Assembly: GCA_037441705.1 (NCBI GenBank)
Contig: JBBIRR010000017.1
Coordinates: forward strand, 1 to 64,000
From: Ignavibacteriales bacterium
GTDB taxonomy: Bacteria; Bacteroidota; Ignavibacteria; UBA10030; UBA6906
Reading direction: 5' to 3'
DNA: 64,000 bases
Shown: positions 50,403 to 60,429 of the stretch, piece after piece
Layout of the letters: each line of letters opens with the position of its first letter
Numbering within the stretch: the stretch's first letter is position 1
Position numbers and translations under genes: made by a program
Notes under the pieces: generated by a model
Seen by the model: the letters and a program-made list of their open reading frames with translations, nothing else
Database searches by the model: none
Told to the model about the DNA's origin: nothing

Positions 50403-50825
50403 CTACTGCCCAACACCAACCCCGAACCGAAAAACCAATTCTCCGCCATACCACGCCGTTCCCCACACGAGGGCTACTCCCAAAAACGTCAGCACGAAAT
50501 ACAGCAGCGTACCTCGTGAAGGAACGTGCGTCCTGCTGGCAAAGCGCCAGAGCAGCACGACGCTGTAGATGGCCGCGACGCCGAACGCGAGTTGCTCATG
50601 CGTCTCGAAGAAACTCCGGGCACTCTCCCCGATTGCAACCCCTCCCTCGGCTGCAAGACCGGTGGCGATCGTTCCTGCTAACCCGATGCTACCGGCAATG
50701 AGCGTCCACCAGGCTGTGCGCTCGAATTCCTGCTTCTTCGTCGCAACAGCCAGGAGATCAAAGAGCCAGCTTGCGGTAAGCAGCGCAATAGGAAGGTGGA
50801 CGAACATCGGATGAAGGTTGGGCAT
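50403..50825 (-). CDS. DUF2231 domain membrane protein
   Basis: LHP..VH.PI, HE, GGELV. The ORF track labels it +, but CAT at 50823-50825 and CTA at 50403-50405 show it is on the minus strand. Confidence 0.85.
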   Translation of the reverse strand: MPNLHPMFVHLPIALLTASWLFDLLAVATKKQEFERTAWWTLIAGSIGLAGTIATGLAAEGGVAIGESARSFFETHEQLAFGVAAIYSVVLLWRFASRTHVPSRGTLLYFVLTFLGVALVWGTAWYGGELVFRFGVGVGQ

Positions 50826-50842
50826 GCGGTATTCCCAGGAAG

Positions 50843-51562
50843 CTACGCGACGAGATCGAGGAGGTTTTGCACACCCACCATGCCGATAGAGAAGAACGGC
50901 TCAGCGTATTTCCGCCCGATCCGATCGCCGAAGTAGGCAAATCGGGTCTCCATGAAGTGAAGAAAGTCGGGCGTGCTCAGCGAGGTTTCGGGTTCATCGC
51001 TCTCCGGGTTGTAGAACTGAGACTTGAAGGCGCGTACCGCCTGCATGCGCTGCTCGAACTCATCGGAAATATCCACAACGAATGTGGGGACGAACTCGTA
51101 CCACTGCATGTAGTGATAGTACGTGCGCGGCCGGAACGGCTCCTGCTTCACACCCAGCACGGTTGTTTCGATCTTCTCGAGACCCGCGTAGAACCAGGCC
51201 TTTCGACACAGCGCATGGGTGTGTTCGTGGTCGGGGTGACGTTCGAGCCAATGCGAAAACAGGAGAACGTCGGGCTTGTACTTGCGAAGAATCTGAATGA
51301 CGCGCAGGATGTTTGTCTGATTGACTTCGATGTTGCCGTCCGGAAGAGCAAGATTCTCGCGGACACGCACACCGAGGATGCGTGCAGCTTCGTTTGCTTC
51401 CGCTTCCCGCATTTCCGGCGTGCCGCGTGTGCCTAACTCCCCCCGTGTCATGTCAAGGATGCCGACATGTTTCCCCTGCTTCACAAGCTTAGCTATCGTT
51501 CCTCCACAACTCAACTCTACGTCGTCAGGATGCGCGCCAATGGCAAGAACATCGAGTTTCAT
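50843..51562 (-). CDS. bshB1: bacillithiol biosynthesis deacetylase BshB1 (PIG-L family)
   Basis: AHPDDVELSCGGT, TRGELGTRGT, RHPDH, SQFY.P...EP.T, YAEPF. Confidence 0.9.
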   Translation of the reverse strand: MKLDVLAIGAHPDDVELSCGGTIAKLVKQGKHVGILDMTRGELGTRGTPEMREAEANEAARILGVRVRENLALPDGNIEVNQTNILRVIQILRKYKPDVLLFSHWLERHPDHEHTHALCRKAWFYAGLEKIETTVLGVKQEPFRPRTYYHYMQWYEFVPTFVVDISDEFEQRMQAVRAFKSQFYNPESDEPETSLSTPDFLHFMETRFAYFGDRIGRKYAEPFFSIGMVGVQNLLDLVA

Positions 51563-51688
51563 TCGTGATGCCTCAAGAAAGGTTGCGAAAAAATATAACG
51601 ATTCGTGCGCACGGACGCAAAACTTCCGATGCAGGTTGGATTCTCTCTCGCGATTTGGCGATATTCATTCCGTCACAACAGAAAACCA

Positions 51689-52909
51689 ATGCTCGATCTT
51701 TTCTCACAAGAAGAAAACGAACAAACGGCCGGCCCGTCCGTCCTCACGGTCTCACAGCTCACGCGCCGCATCAAGCAGGTGTTGGAATCTGGGTTCTCGT
51801 CCGTCAGTGTGCAGGGGGAGATTTCGAACTTCAAGTATCACTCGTCGGGACACATGTACTTTGCCATCAAGGATTCCGGCGCAACAATCTCGGCAGTCAT
51901 CTGGCGAAGTCGTGTGCCGTTTCTCTCGTTCACGCCTGAAGACGGAATGAAGGTCATCGCCACGGGACGCGTGACGGTGTATGAAGTGCGCGGAGCGTAC
52001 CAGATTGATGTAACGAGTATGCGACCTGTGGGCGCAGGAGAGCTGCAGATTGCCTTCGAGAAACTGAAACGCAAACTCGCGGCCCAAGGGTTGTTCGCTC
52101 CAGAACACAAGAAGCCGATCCCGCAGTATCCGGAGCGGATTGGGATCGTGACGTCCGAGACGGGCGCAGCGCTTCAGGATATTCTGCACATTCTGCGGCG
52201 GCGCTTTCCGGCTGTGGAAGTGTTTCTTATCCCTGTGCGTGTTCAGGGAGCGGGCGCCGGGATCGAAATCGCAGAGGCCATCGAGGATTTCAATCGCTAC
52301 GGCGCGGTGGATGTCCTTATCGTGTGTCGCGGAGGAGGGTCCATCGAAGATCTCTGGGCGTTCAACGAGGAGGTGGTGGCGCGTGCCATTTATCGCTCAC
52401 GCATTCCCGTGATCAGCGCGGTGGGGCACGAGATTGACTTCACGATTGCGGACTTTGTTGCTGATCTGCGCGCTCCCACACCTTCGGCTGCAGCCGAGCT
52501 GGTGGTGCCCGACCGGTTTGCGCTCCTTGATACTCTTCGGAATTATTGGTATACTATGCACGAAAATGTGCATGAACTGGTCAATTCGCGCAAAGAGCGC
52601 ATTCGGCATCTCCTACACAGCTACTCATTCAACCGACCGCTTGATCTTCTCCGACAGTACAGTCAGCGCGTGGATGAACTCGAGCGAAGCATGACCGCTG
52701 CCATGGCCCATAGGTTTTCCATCCTGAAAGCGCGCTCCGAGTCGCTCCGGCATCAGCTTATTGCGCTGGACCCCACGTTGGTGCTGCGGAGAGGCTATGC
52801 CATAGTACGCAAGGAGGGCCGCGTTGTCGCCTCGCGTCATGCACTCAAGCCGGCCGATGAGATCAGCATTACCTTCCACGACGGCTCGATATCGTCGCGA
52901 GTATCGTGA
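51689..52909 (+). CDS. xseA: exodeoxyribonuclease VII large subunit
   Basis: GEISNF..HSSGH.YF, RGGGSIEDLWAFNEE, SAVGHE.D, RAPTPSAAAE, LRRGY. Confidence 0.97.
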   Translation: MLDLFSQEENEQTAGPSVLTVSQLTRRIKQVLESGFSSVSVQGEISNFKYHSSGHMYFAIKDSGATISAVIWRSRVPFLSFTPEDGMKVIATGRVTVYEVRGAYQIDVTSMRPVGAGELQIAFEKLKRKLAAQGLFAPEHKKPIPQYPERIGIVTSETGAALQDILHILRRRFPAVEVFLIPVRVQGAGAGIEIAEAIEDFNRYGAVDVLIVCRGGGSIEDLWAFNEEVVARAIYRSRIPVISAVGHEIDFTIADFVADLRAPTPSAAAELVVPDRFALLDTLRNYWYTMHENVHELVNSRKERIRHLLHSYSFNRPLDLLRQYSQRVDELERSMTAAMAHRFSILKARSESLRHQLIALDPTLVLRRGYAIVRKEGRVVASRHALKPADEISITFHDGSISSRVS

Positions 52910-53163
52910 TGGCTTCCGCAAAAAAAGAAAACAAGCAGTCCTTCGAGCAGTCGCTCAAGCGTCTCGAGGAAATCGTTGAGCAGTTAGAGCAGGGCGATGT
53001 GCCGTTGGATGATGCGCTGAAGATGTATGAGGAGGGAATTGAGTTGTCGAAAGCGTGCGTCGAGAAGTTGACCCAAGCCGAGCTTCATCTCAAGAAGCTC
53101 GCGAAAGATATGCAAGGAAACTTCCGCGTCATCGAAGATGATGAGCGCGAGCAGGAAGAATGA
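52906..53163 (+). CDS. xseB: exodeoxyribonuclease VII small subunit
   Basis: SFEQSLKRLEEIV.QLE.G.VPL...YEEG; follows xseA. Confidence 0.95.
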   Translation: MMASAKKENKQSFEQSLKRLEEIVEQLEQGDVPLDDALKMYEEGIELSKACVEKLTQAELHLKKLAKDMQGNFRVIEDDEREQEE

Positions 53164-53190
53164 ATCGTTCACTATGGGACTGAAGAAGCG

Positions 53191-55119
53191 ATGAGTACGT
53201 ATCCGATGTTGGATCGCGTTAACGTTCCGGCAGATTTGCGGACGTTATCTGTTGCGGAGTTGAAGGCGCTTGCCGACGATGTGCGGGCATTCCTGATCGA
53301 CGTGGTGTCGAAGACCGGCGGCCACCTCGGGGCGGGCCTCGGCACGGTGGAACTGACGGTGGCGCTGCACTACGTCTTCAATACGCCCCATGATAAGTTG
53401 GTGTGGGATGTCGGCCATCAGGCATACCCGCACAAGATTCTGACGGGGCGCAAGAATCGGCTCAACACCATTCGACAGTACAAGGGCTTGAGCGGGTTTC
53501 TCAAACGAACCGAGAGCGAGTACGACACGTTTGGCGCAGGACATGCAAGTACGGCGATTTCCGCCGCGCTGGGAATGGTCGTTGCGCGCGATTTCAATCA
53601 TGAGGATTACAAGGTAGTCGCCGTCGTCGGCGACGGCTCGATGACGGGCGGGATGGTGTACGAGGGGATGAACAACGCCGGTCTGCTGAAGAAAGACTTC
53701 ATCGTTATTCTTAACGACAATAATATGTCCATTGCCCCGAACGTCTGGGCGCTGTCCAATTACTTCACACAACTCATTGCCAACCCGTCCTACAACCGCT
53801 TCAAGAGCAATATCTATGAACTGACGGGAAAGTTAGATGCATGGGGCGACCGGATACGCCGTGTTGCTGCTCGACTGGAAGAGGGTGTGAAGGTCGTTAT
53901 CACGCCGGGAATGCTCTTCGAGGCGCTCGGGTTTCGGTACTTCGGTCCGATCAATGGACACAACGTTGCGCAACTGGTGAACATCTTCAAAGATGTCAAG
54001 AACTATCACGGCCCCATTCTGGTCCATGTGACGACGCAGAAAGGCAAAGGATACAAGCCGGCAGAAGCCGATGTGCAGAAGCTGCACGGGGTGACGCCAT
54101 TCGACAAGGTCACCGGTTTATCACCCAAGAAAGTCGATGGCCCTCCGGCATACACGAAAGTGTTCGGCAAGGCCCTGACGGAACTGGCAAAAGCCAACCC
54201 GAAGATCATCGGCATTACGGCTGCGATGCCCGATGGAACGGGGTTGGATATTCTTCAGAAGGAACTTCCCAATAATTTCTTTGATGTAGGGATAGCCGAG
54301 CAGCACGGCGTGACGTTCGCTGCCGGTCTTGCCACGCAGGGATGCATTCCCGTCGCGGCGATCTACTCCACCTTTCTGCAGCGGGCGTTCGATCAGATCA
54401 TTCATGATGTTGCACTGCAGCACTTGCACGTGGTGTTCGCGCTCGATCGCGGCGGCCTGGTTGGTGCAGACGGACCGACGCACCATGGCGTGTTCGACCT
54501 CTCCTACCTTCGTCTCATCCCCGGCATGGTAGTCATGGCGCCGAAGGATGAAAGCGAGCTGCGGGACATGCTATACACCGCGATCGAGTATAAGGACGGC
54601 CCTATTGCTTTGCGATACCCTCGCGGCAACGGGGTTGGCGTTCCCCTGAAGCAGGGATTTGACTTGATCCCGATAGGCAAGGGAGAGATTCTCCGGGACG
54701 GAGAGCATGTTGCCATTCTTGCCATCGGCATCATGGTGCAGAACGCTTTGAAAGCGGCAGCGCTGCTGGAAAACGAAGGAATCTCCGCTGCCGTTGTCAA
54801 CATGCGATTTGTCAAGCCGTTAGACGAACAACTGATTGAAGACCTTGCCCGGCGCTTCGACCACTTTGTGACCGTCGAGGATAATACGATCAAGGGAGGC
54901 TTTGGCAGCGCGGTCGCCGAGTGCCTTGCGGCGAAGCAGCGTACGAACATTCGCCTGAAGATTCACGGCATCCCGGATCGTTTTATCGATCACGGCTCGC
55001 CCGAAGAGCTTCATCGCGAAGTGGGAATCGACCCGCAGGGGATTGCCAACGTCGTTCGAGAATTTGTCCAGACGGATCGGCGGTCCACGTCACGAACGGT
55101 ACATGCCATTGCCAACTAA
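53191..55119 (+). CDS. dxs: 1-deoxy-D-xylulose-5-phosphate synthase
   Basis: GGHLG, WDVGHQ.Y.HK, GDGSMTGG, NDNNMSI, GIAEQH, YSTFLQR, DGPTH. Confidence 0.98.
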   Translation: MSTYPMLDRVNVPADLRTLSVAELKALADDVRAFLIDVVSKTGGHLGAGLGTVELTVALHYVFNTPHDKLVWDVGHQAYPHKILTGRKNRLNTIRQYKGLSGFLKRTESEYDTFGAGHASTAISAALGMVVARDFNHEDYKVVAVVGDGSMTGGMVYEGMNNAGLLKKDFIVILNDNNMSIAPNVWALSNYFTQLIANPSYNRFKSNIYELTGKLDAWGDRIRRVAARLEEGVKVVITPGMLFEALGFRYFGPINGHNVAQLVNIFKDVKNYHGPILVHVTTQKGKGYKPAEADVQKLHGVTPFDKVTGLSPKKVDGPPAYTKVFGKALTELAKANPKIIGITAAMPDGTGLDILQKELPNNFFDVGIAEQHGVTFAAGLATQGCIPVAAIYSTFLQRAFDQIIHDVALQHLHVVFALDRGGLVGADGPTHHGVFDLSYLRLIPGMVVMAPKDESELRDMLYTAIEYKDGPIALRYPRGNGVGVPLKQGFDLIPIGKGEILRDGEHVAILAIGIMVQNALKAAALLENEGISAAVVNMRFVKPLDEQLIEDLARRFDHFVTVEDNTIKGGFGSAVAECLAAKQRTNIRLKIHGIPDRFIDHGSPEELHREVGIDPQGIANVVREFVQTDRRSTSRTVHAIAN

Positions 55120-55135
55120 GTAGATTTGCAAGAAG

Positions 55136-56302
55136 ATGAAACGAGACATTGTTGGTCGGATGCCGGCAATGTCTTTTTCTCTTTCTGAGGGCGTGCGCGT
55201 GCCCGAAACCTCGGATGAACATTTCATGCGCATCTGCCTCAGACTCGCCGCGCGAGGAAAGGGATATGTCAGTCCCAACCCGCTTGTCGGCGCCGTTCTG
55301 GTTAAGAACAACAGGATCGTAGCCACGGGCTACCACAAACGGTTTGGCGGACCGCATGCCGAAGTGGAGTGCCTCCGCACGTATTCCGCCGACGCTTCGA
55401 AGACGACGCTGTATGTGAATCTGGAGCCGTGCGCCCACTACGGTAAGACGCCGCCGTGCGTCGAGCTGATTCTCCAGCGAGGAATCCGTCGCGTAGTCAT
55501 CGCGATGAAGGATCCCAACCCGCTCGTGAGGGGGAGGGCGATTCGCCGCTTACGACGCAACGGCGTTCAGGTAACCCTCGGCATGCTTCGGCGTGAAGCA
55601 GAGGAACTCAACCGCTTCTTTGTCAAACACATCACCACCGGCATACCGTACGTGCATGTGAAGATCGCTCAGACGCAGGATGGCTATATCGGAAAGCTGG
55701 GGGGGAAGACAGGCTACATCACATCGAAACGCTCGCTCAGGATAGTGCATCAGTGGCGCGCTGAGTACGACGCCGTGCTCGTCGGCGCAAACACGGTGAA
55801 GATGGATAACCCTCGTCTTGATGTACGGTTTGTTCGTGGACGTGACCCCGCGGTCGCTATTGTGGACGGTCGCTTCTCGCTTACAGGAAACGAGAGGGTG
55901 TTTGCTTCGGCGTCGAGAAGGGCAGTTTTCTTGTGTACAACAGAGCGAGCATCGGCGCGGCACACAGCCAAACGGAGAAAGCTGCAGGCGCGCGGCGTAA
56001 GACTGCTGACGTTCAAGAGCAAAAACGATCGTGTCAATCTCAAGAGTATCCTTCGATCCTTGTACCATCACGGCATTGGCTCGATCTTGGTCGAAGGGGG
56101 AAAGGAGATTTTCTCGCAGTGCATTGAGAGCAATCTCGCAGATGAGCTTACGATTTTCACGTCGCCCAAAAAGTTCTATGACGGCGTCCCCGCGCTGACG
56201 CCGCTCGCTCGACAGAAAGTGGAACGCTGGAGGGCACGGCTTCCTTTCCGCTCCGGCTTTGTAGGCGCCGATCACTTCCTTACAGGAAAGATTACGTCTT
56301 GA
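55136..56302 (+). CDS. ribD: riboflavin biosynthesis deaminase/reductase RibD
   Basis: PNPLVG, HAE, LEPC.H.GKTPPC, VEGG. The true start may be slightly downstream. Confidence 0.95.
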   Translation: MKRDIVGRMPAMSFSLSEGVRVPETSDEHFMRICLRLAARGKGYVSPNPLVGAVLVKNNRIVATGYHKRFGGPHAEVECLRTYSADASKTTLYVNLEPCAHYGKTPPCVELILQRGIRRVVIAMKDPNPLVRGRAIRRLRRNGVQVTLGMLRREAEELNRFFVKHITTGIPYVHVKIAQTQDGYIGKLGGKTGYITSKRSLRIVHQWRAEYDAVLVGANTVKMDNPRLDVRFVRGRDPAVAIVDGRFSLTGNERVFASASRRAVFLCTTERASARHTAKRRKLQARGVRLLTFKSKNDRVNLKSILRSLYHHGIGSILVEGGKEIFSQCIESNLADELTIFTSPKKFYDGVPALTPLARQKVERWRARLPFRSGFVGADHFLTGKITS

Positions 56303-56309
56303 GGGAACC

Positions 56310-56954
56310 ATGTTTACGGGAATCATTAAGGAACTCGGTAGAGTTGACGCCGTGCAGAGGGTTGGCGGAGGCGTTCATGTCACCATCGCAGCACCGGTTT
56401 CAACGCCGCAACTCACGGTCAATGATAGTGTCGCCGTCAACGGCGTGTGCTTAACGGTGATCAAGAAGAGCGACCAGAGGTTCACCGTTGAAGCCGTCGA
56501 GGAAACACTGAAGAAGACAACGATAAGCGAGTTGCGCCCCGAAGCGGCGGTTAATCTCGAATTAGCGCTGACGCTGAACGAGCGCCTCGGCGGACATCTC
56601 GTCCTCGGCCATGTTGACGGCATCGGTGTCGTCACTGCGGTCGAAAAGCGTGAAAGCAGTTGGCTGTTTGATGTCGAGATTCCGGCAGAATTTTGTCGCT
56701 ATGTCATTCCTGTCGGTTCTATTGCCATTGATGGTGTGAGTCTCACCGTTGCGGAGTTGCGGGATCGACATGTACGCGTCTCGATCATCCCCCACACGTT
56801 CTTCAACACCACGTTTCAATTCTTGACGACAGGCAGTCGCGTCAACATCGAGGTCGACATCATCGGCAAGTACATCGAGCGGCTCATGATGCTTGAGCAG
56901 CGACAACCGGATATTACGATTGAGAAACTGAAAGCGTGGGGATACCGCGTGTGA
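56310..56954 (+). CDS. ribE: riboflavin synthase (alpha chain)
   Basis: MFTGI N-terminus, NGVCLT, GGHLVLGHVD, DGVSLT, IPHT. Confidence 0.96.
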   Translation: MFTGIIKELGRVDAVQRVGGGVHVTIAAPVSTPQLTVNDSVAVNGVCLTVIKKSDQRFTVEAVEETLKKTTISELRPEAAVNLELALTLNERLGGHLVLGHVDGIGVVTAVEKRESSWLFDVEIPAEFCRYVIPVGSIAIDGVSLTVAELRDRHVRVSIIPHTFFNTTFQFLTTGSRVNIEVDIIGKYIERLMMLEQRQPDITIEKLKAWGYRV

Positions 56955-56990
56955 AGGCCAACGCTCTCATTCGAGAGCAGAATGACTTTC

Positions 56991-57019
56991 TTGATTCGCA
57001 CGCACAAATTAAGTATCTT
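56991..57019 (+). promoter_or_regulatory. putative sigma70 promoter of secG-tRNA
   Basis: TTGATT-N17-TATCTT. Confidence 0.5.
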
Positions 57020-57057
57020 GTGCACGGCAATTCTGCAACAACACTATAGGGTACGCG

Positions 57058-57420
57058 ATGTTTGGATTCTTGATTGGCGTGGAAGTGGTCATCAGCATTT
57101 TGCTGATCATTGTCGTTCTCATGCAGGCAAGCAAGGGTGGGGGACTTGCCGGCACGTTCGGCGGCGGCAACGTCGGCATGGTCTTCGGCGTCAGGCGAAC
57201 GGCCGATTTCCTAATCAAGGCAACACAGTGGCTGGCAATTCTCTTCGGCGCTCTTGCTCTGATTATCAACATCTTTTTCCTGCCGCGCACGGGAGCGAAT
57301 ACGGAGAGCGTGTTGCAGCGGACGGCCACGCAGCAGCAGTCCGTGCCCTCGCCCAGCGTTCCACAACTGCCGCCGACGCAGCAACCGGCCACACCTGCAC
57401 CGTCGAGTCCGACGAAGTAA
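57058..57420 (+). CDS. secG: preprotein translocase subunit SecG
   Basis: VLMQASKGGGLAGTFGG, two TM helices, followed by a tRNA. Confidence 0.95.
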   Translation: MFGFLIGVEVVISILLIIVVLMQASKGGGLAGTFGGGNVGMVFGVRRTADFLIKATQWLAILFGALALIINIFFLPRTGANTESVLQRTATQQQSVPSPSVPQLPPTQQPATPAPSSPTK

Positions 57421-57448
57421 GGTTTTGTCTCTGTTCTTCATACGCTTT

Positions 57449-57521
57449 GCACCCATGGCTCAATTGGTAGAGCAACTGACTCTTAATCAGTGGGTTCCAG
57501 GTTCGAGTCCTGGTGGGTGCA
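57449..57521 (+). tRNA. tRNA-Lys (CTT)
   Basis: Cloverleaf: acceptor GCACCCA/TGGGTGC, D-arm GCTC/GAGC, anticodon arm ACTGA-CTCTTAA-TCAGT, T-arm CCAGG-TTCGAGT-CCTGG. CCA not encoded. Confidence 0.97.
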
Positions 57522-57583
57522 CAACCACATGGTAGCGCAGTGCCAAGGATGACAACTCCTTGGCATTTCTATTTCAGAGTACG

Positions 57584-58666
57584 ATGATAGCACAATCCGA
57601 CTTCCCCCTCATAGAGATGCACCGAACCCAGGCACGCTGCGTAGGGCTCTACTGCGGAGTGGAGGCGCCGCTGCTGTTCAGCAGCCTCGAGGACGAATTC
57701 GATGCCGCTTGTTCGCGCGTTGCACTGATTGACCGCTCATGGGTTGGCAAGATTGCGTTGCATGGCACCGATAGCCTCGACTTGCTCCATCGTTTATCAA
57801 CCAATGATCTCCTTCGTGCAGAGGCAGGCGACACCGTTCCCACAGTTCTGCTGACGGAAAAAGGGAGGATTATTGATTACGTTCACGTTCTTGTGGCACG
57901 GTCATCTCCGTTTCTTCTCGTCTCGCCCACAAATGAGGATCGTCTCGAGCGCTGGATCGAGAAGTACACAATTATGGAAGACGTCCGCACAGAAAGACAA
58001 ACGTCCAACTTCTCTCTGCTGACACTGGTTGGTCCGCTTGCTCTCGCGGCAGCAGAGATGATATTCCAATGCTCGCTGCGGAGAAGCAAGGTGACGGATA
58101 TCCACCTGCCGTTTGCAGATGTCCGGATTCTTTCTCGACAGGAATTCTCTACCTCCTTGGTCGACATCCTCATTGACGCGCAGGACGCTACCGCTGTGTG
58201 GAACTACATAATGCGGCATCGCGAAGAAACCGGGCTTCAGCCCATGGGCTCACGTGCTTATGAAGCATTTCGTGTCTCGCGCGGCCTGCCCGCCGTGGGC
58301 GCGGAGCTATCGGAGAACTTCAATCCCTTCGAGGTCGGTTTGCACGATGCGATAAGCTTCACGAAAGGATGCTACATCGGTCAGGAAGTGATCGCCCGTC
58401 TCGACACATATCAGAAGGTGCAACGTGAGCCATGGGGGTTGGTGTTGGATGCCGACGGGCCGCTTCCTCTGTCGGGTGCAGTTGTGTTGCACGATGAGGA
58501 GGAAATAGGTGTCGTAACGAGTGTGAGCGAAGCGGTGATTCGTGGCAAGAGGTTGGCTATAGCAATTCTGAAGAAAAACCGTGTGTGTGCCGATGACCCT
58601 GTTAGGGTTATGGGCCCCGGAGGACGCTCGCACGCTGTGTGCAAGCCCTTTCCTGTTCTTGTGTAG
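57584..58666 (+). CDS. YgfZ/GcvT-like folate-binding protein
   Basis: STND, KGR, KGCYIGQEVIAR signature. Start uncertain. Confidence 0.88.
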   Translation: MIAQSDFPLIEMHRTQARCVGLYCGVEAPLLFSSLEDEFDAACSRVALIDRSWVGKIALHGTDSLDLLHRLSTNDLLRAEAGDTVPTVLLTEKGRIIDYVHVLVARSSPFLLVSPTNEDRLERWIEKYTIMEDVRTERQTSNFSLLTLVGPLALAAAEMIFQCSLRRSKVTDIHLPFADVRILSRQEFSTSLVDILIDAQDATAVWNYIMRHREETGLQPMGSRAYEAFRVSRGLPAVGAELSENFNPFEVGLHDAISFTKGCYIGQEVIARLDTYQKVQREPWGLVLDADGPLPLSGAVVLHDEEEIGVVTSVSEAVIRGKRLAIAILKKNRVCADDPVRVMGPGGRSHAVCKPFPVLV

Positions 58667-58705
58667 AGTCAATAATCGATCGCCGTTAATAACTGCAGAG
58701 AAGGC

Positions 58706-59557
58706 ATGAAGCTATCGTACTCTGTTGATGATGTTGCGCGGTGGAGAGACAGGACGTACCGCCGGGCCGCGAGGTACGCGGTCACGAACGCGCGACAGGC
58801 CCTTGCTTTTGTGAACAGCGTCGGATTCTGTCTCGCGTCACGAGCGAATGGATTGGAATTGCCGAATCTCTGGGAGGCCATTGCTGGAGCACAGCGCGAC
58901 GGAGACACGACCTCTCCGCGGAAATATTATCTCTCCTATGCCTGGGACCTTCACAGCATTCTCCCCAATCACAATTCTGTGTACTACGGGAGAATCTTTC
59001 GCAGGCGGCCAACGATTGTCTCGCGCGAGTATTTTCCGTACTTCTATGCACTTTCGCAGCGCGTCGGGACGAAGGATGAGTACCTTTCGGAATTCCATCA
59101 AGGGAAACTCAGTCTCCGGGCAAAACAGATCATGGATATTCTGACGCGCCACGCACCGCTCACGACAAAGGAGCTTCGTGAGAGTCTCTCCGGCGGCGGA
59201 AGGCGTACTGTCCGCGGCGTCGAACGGGCGTTGGAAGAGCTTCAGCGCAAGATGTTCGTCTGCCGACTCGTAGGAAACGGTCAACGGTTCGGTGCGGAGT
59301 GGGCACCGCTCGTCAAGTTCTTCCGAAAGGAAATACGGAAAGCCGGCAAGATTAGTCCGGATCAAGCTCGATGCAAGCTGCTGGCGAAGTACTTCAGCAC
59401 GCAGCTCGTGAGTTCTGTCGAAACAATTCATAAGGTTTTTGGATGGTCGAAGAAAGACATTTACCACACGGTGGGCAGGCTCGTCAACGAAGGAGTTATA
59501 ACCACGTGCACGGATTTTGACGGCAAGAAGGGAGCGTGGTATTGCTTCATCCGATAG
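58706..59557 (+). CDS. AlkZ/YcaQ-related winged-helix protein
   Basis: AFV..VGF, LPNLWEA, VYYGRIF.RRPT.VS, wHTH-like PLTTKELR...ALEELQ. Confidence 0.6.
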   Translation: MKLSYSVDDVARWRDRTYRRAARYAVTNARQALAFVNSVGFCLASRANGLELPNLWEAIAGAQRDGDTTSPRKYYLSYAWDLHSILPNHNSVYYGRIFRRRPTIVSREYFPYFYALSQRVGTKDEYLSEFHQGKLSLRAKQIMDILTRHAPLTTKELRESLSGGGRRTVRGVERALEELQRKMFVCRLVGNGQRFGAEWAPLVKFFRKEIRKAGKISPDQARCKLLAKYFSTQLVSSVETIHKVFGWSKKDIYHTVGRLVNEGVITTCTDFDGKKGAWYCFIR

Positions 59558-59582
59558 AACTTCTCTTTTCGACTTCGAGATC

Positions 59583-60413
59583 ATGAAGAAAATGCAAACG
59601 AAGCCACCGAAGGCGTACAAGAACGCGGAGTTTCTGAACAGTCCTGATGCACGCATCGTTCGCATCATGGCGGAATTTCTGGAGCCGCAGGCACGATTCC
59701 GCGCCGAGAACATCAAGGATACGATCGTCTTCTTTGGCTCGGCACGCATCGAGGAGCGAAAGCATGCTCTTGCCCGTCTGAAGAACGTGGAAGCAGCGCT
59801 TGCCAAAACGCGCAGACCGACGAAGGGACTCCTGCTCGAATATCGTGCGGCGCAGACGGCGCTGGAAATGTCGAAGTACTACGATGACTGCGTCGAGCTA
59901 TCCCGCCGCATTACCGCGTGGTCGAAGAAACTGAACCACTCGAACCGCTTTGTTGTGTGTTCGGGCGGTGGGCCCGGCATTATGGAAGCGGCAAATCGCG
60001 GTGCCGCACTCGCCAAGGGAAAATCCATCGGCTTGAATATCAGCCTTCCGTTTGAGCAATTCGCCAATGGATACATCTCACCGAATCTCAACTTCGAGTT
60101 CCACTACTTCTTCATGCGGAAGTTTTGGTTTGCTTATCTTGCGAAAGCGCTGGTCGTCTTCCCGGGCGGCTTCGGCACGATGGACGAGCTATTCGAAATT
60201 CTCACGCTGCTGCAGACAGATAAGATCAAGAAGAAAATGACGGTGGTGATCTACGGCTCGGAATATTGGAAAAAGGTCATCAACTTCGACGAGATCGTTC
60301 GGATGGGAATGGCGTCGAAGGAAGATCTCTCGCTCTTTCGCTTTTGCGACGATCCTCGCGAAGCCTTCGAGTACCTGAAGGAATCCTTGATGAAGAACTA
60401 TCCCACGGCATAG
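59583..60413 (+). CDS. LOG family nucleotide monophosphate nucleosidase (TIGR00730)
   Basis: FGSAR, GGGPGIMEAANRGA, FHYFFMRK, PGGFGTMDE. Confidence 0.93.
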   Translation: MKKMQTKPPKAYKNAEFLNSPDARIVRIMAEFLEPQARFRAENIKDTIVFFGSARIEERKHALARLKNVEAALAKTRRPTKGLLLEYRAAQTALEMSKYYDDCVELSRRITAWSKKLNHSNRFVVCSGGGPGIMEAANRGAALAKGKSIGLNISLPFEQFANGYISPNLNFEFHYFFMRKFWFAYLAKALVVFPGGFGTMDELFEILTLLQTDKIKKKMTVVIYGSEYWKKVINFDEIVRMGMASKEDLSLFRFCDDPREAFEYLKESLMKNYPTA

Positions 60414-60429
60414 CGGTTCGTGCCGCCTG

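Noticed and set aside
50403-50825. ORF track lists this gene on the + strand
   Set aside because: The given translation reads only from the reverse complement (ATG at 50825, TAG at 50403), so it is annotated as minus.
52906-55119. Absence of ispA between xseB and dxs
   Set aside because: Common lineage-level rearrangement; no pseudogene remnant in the 27-nt gap.
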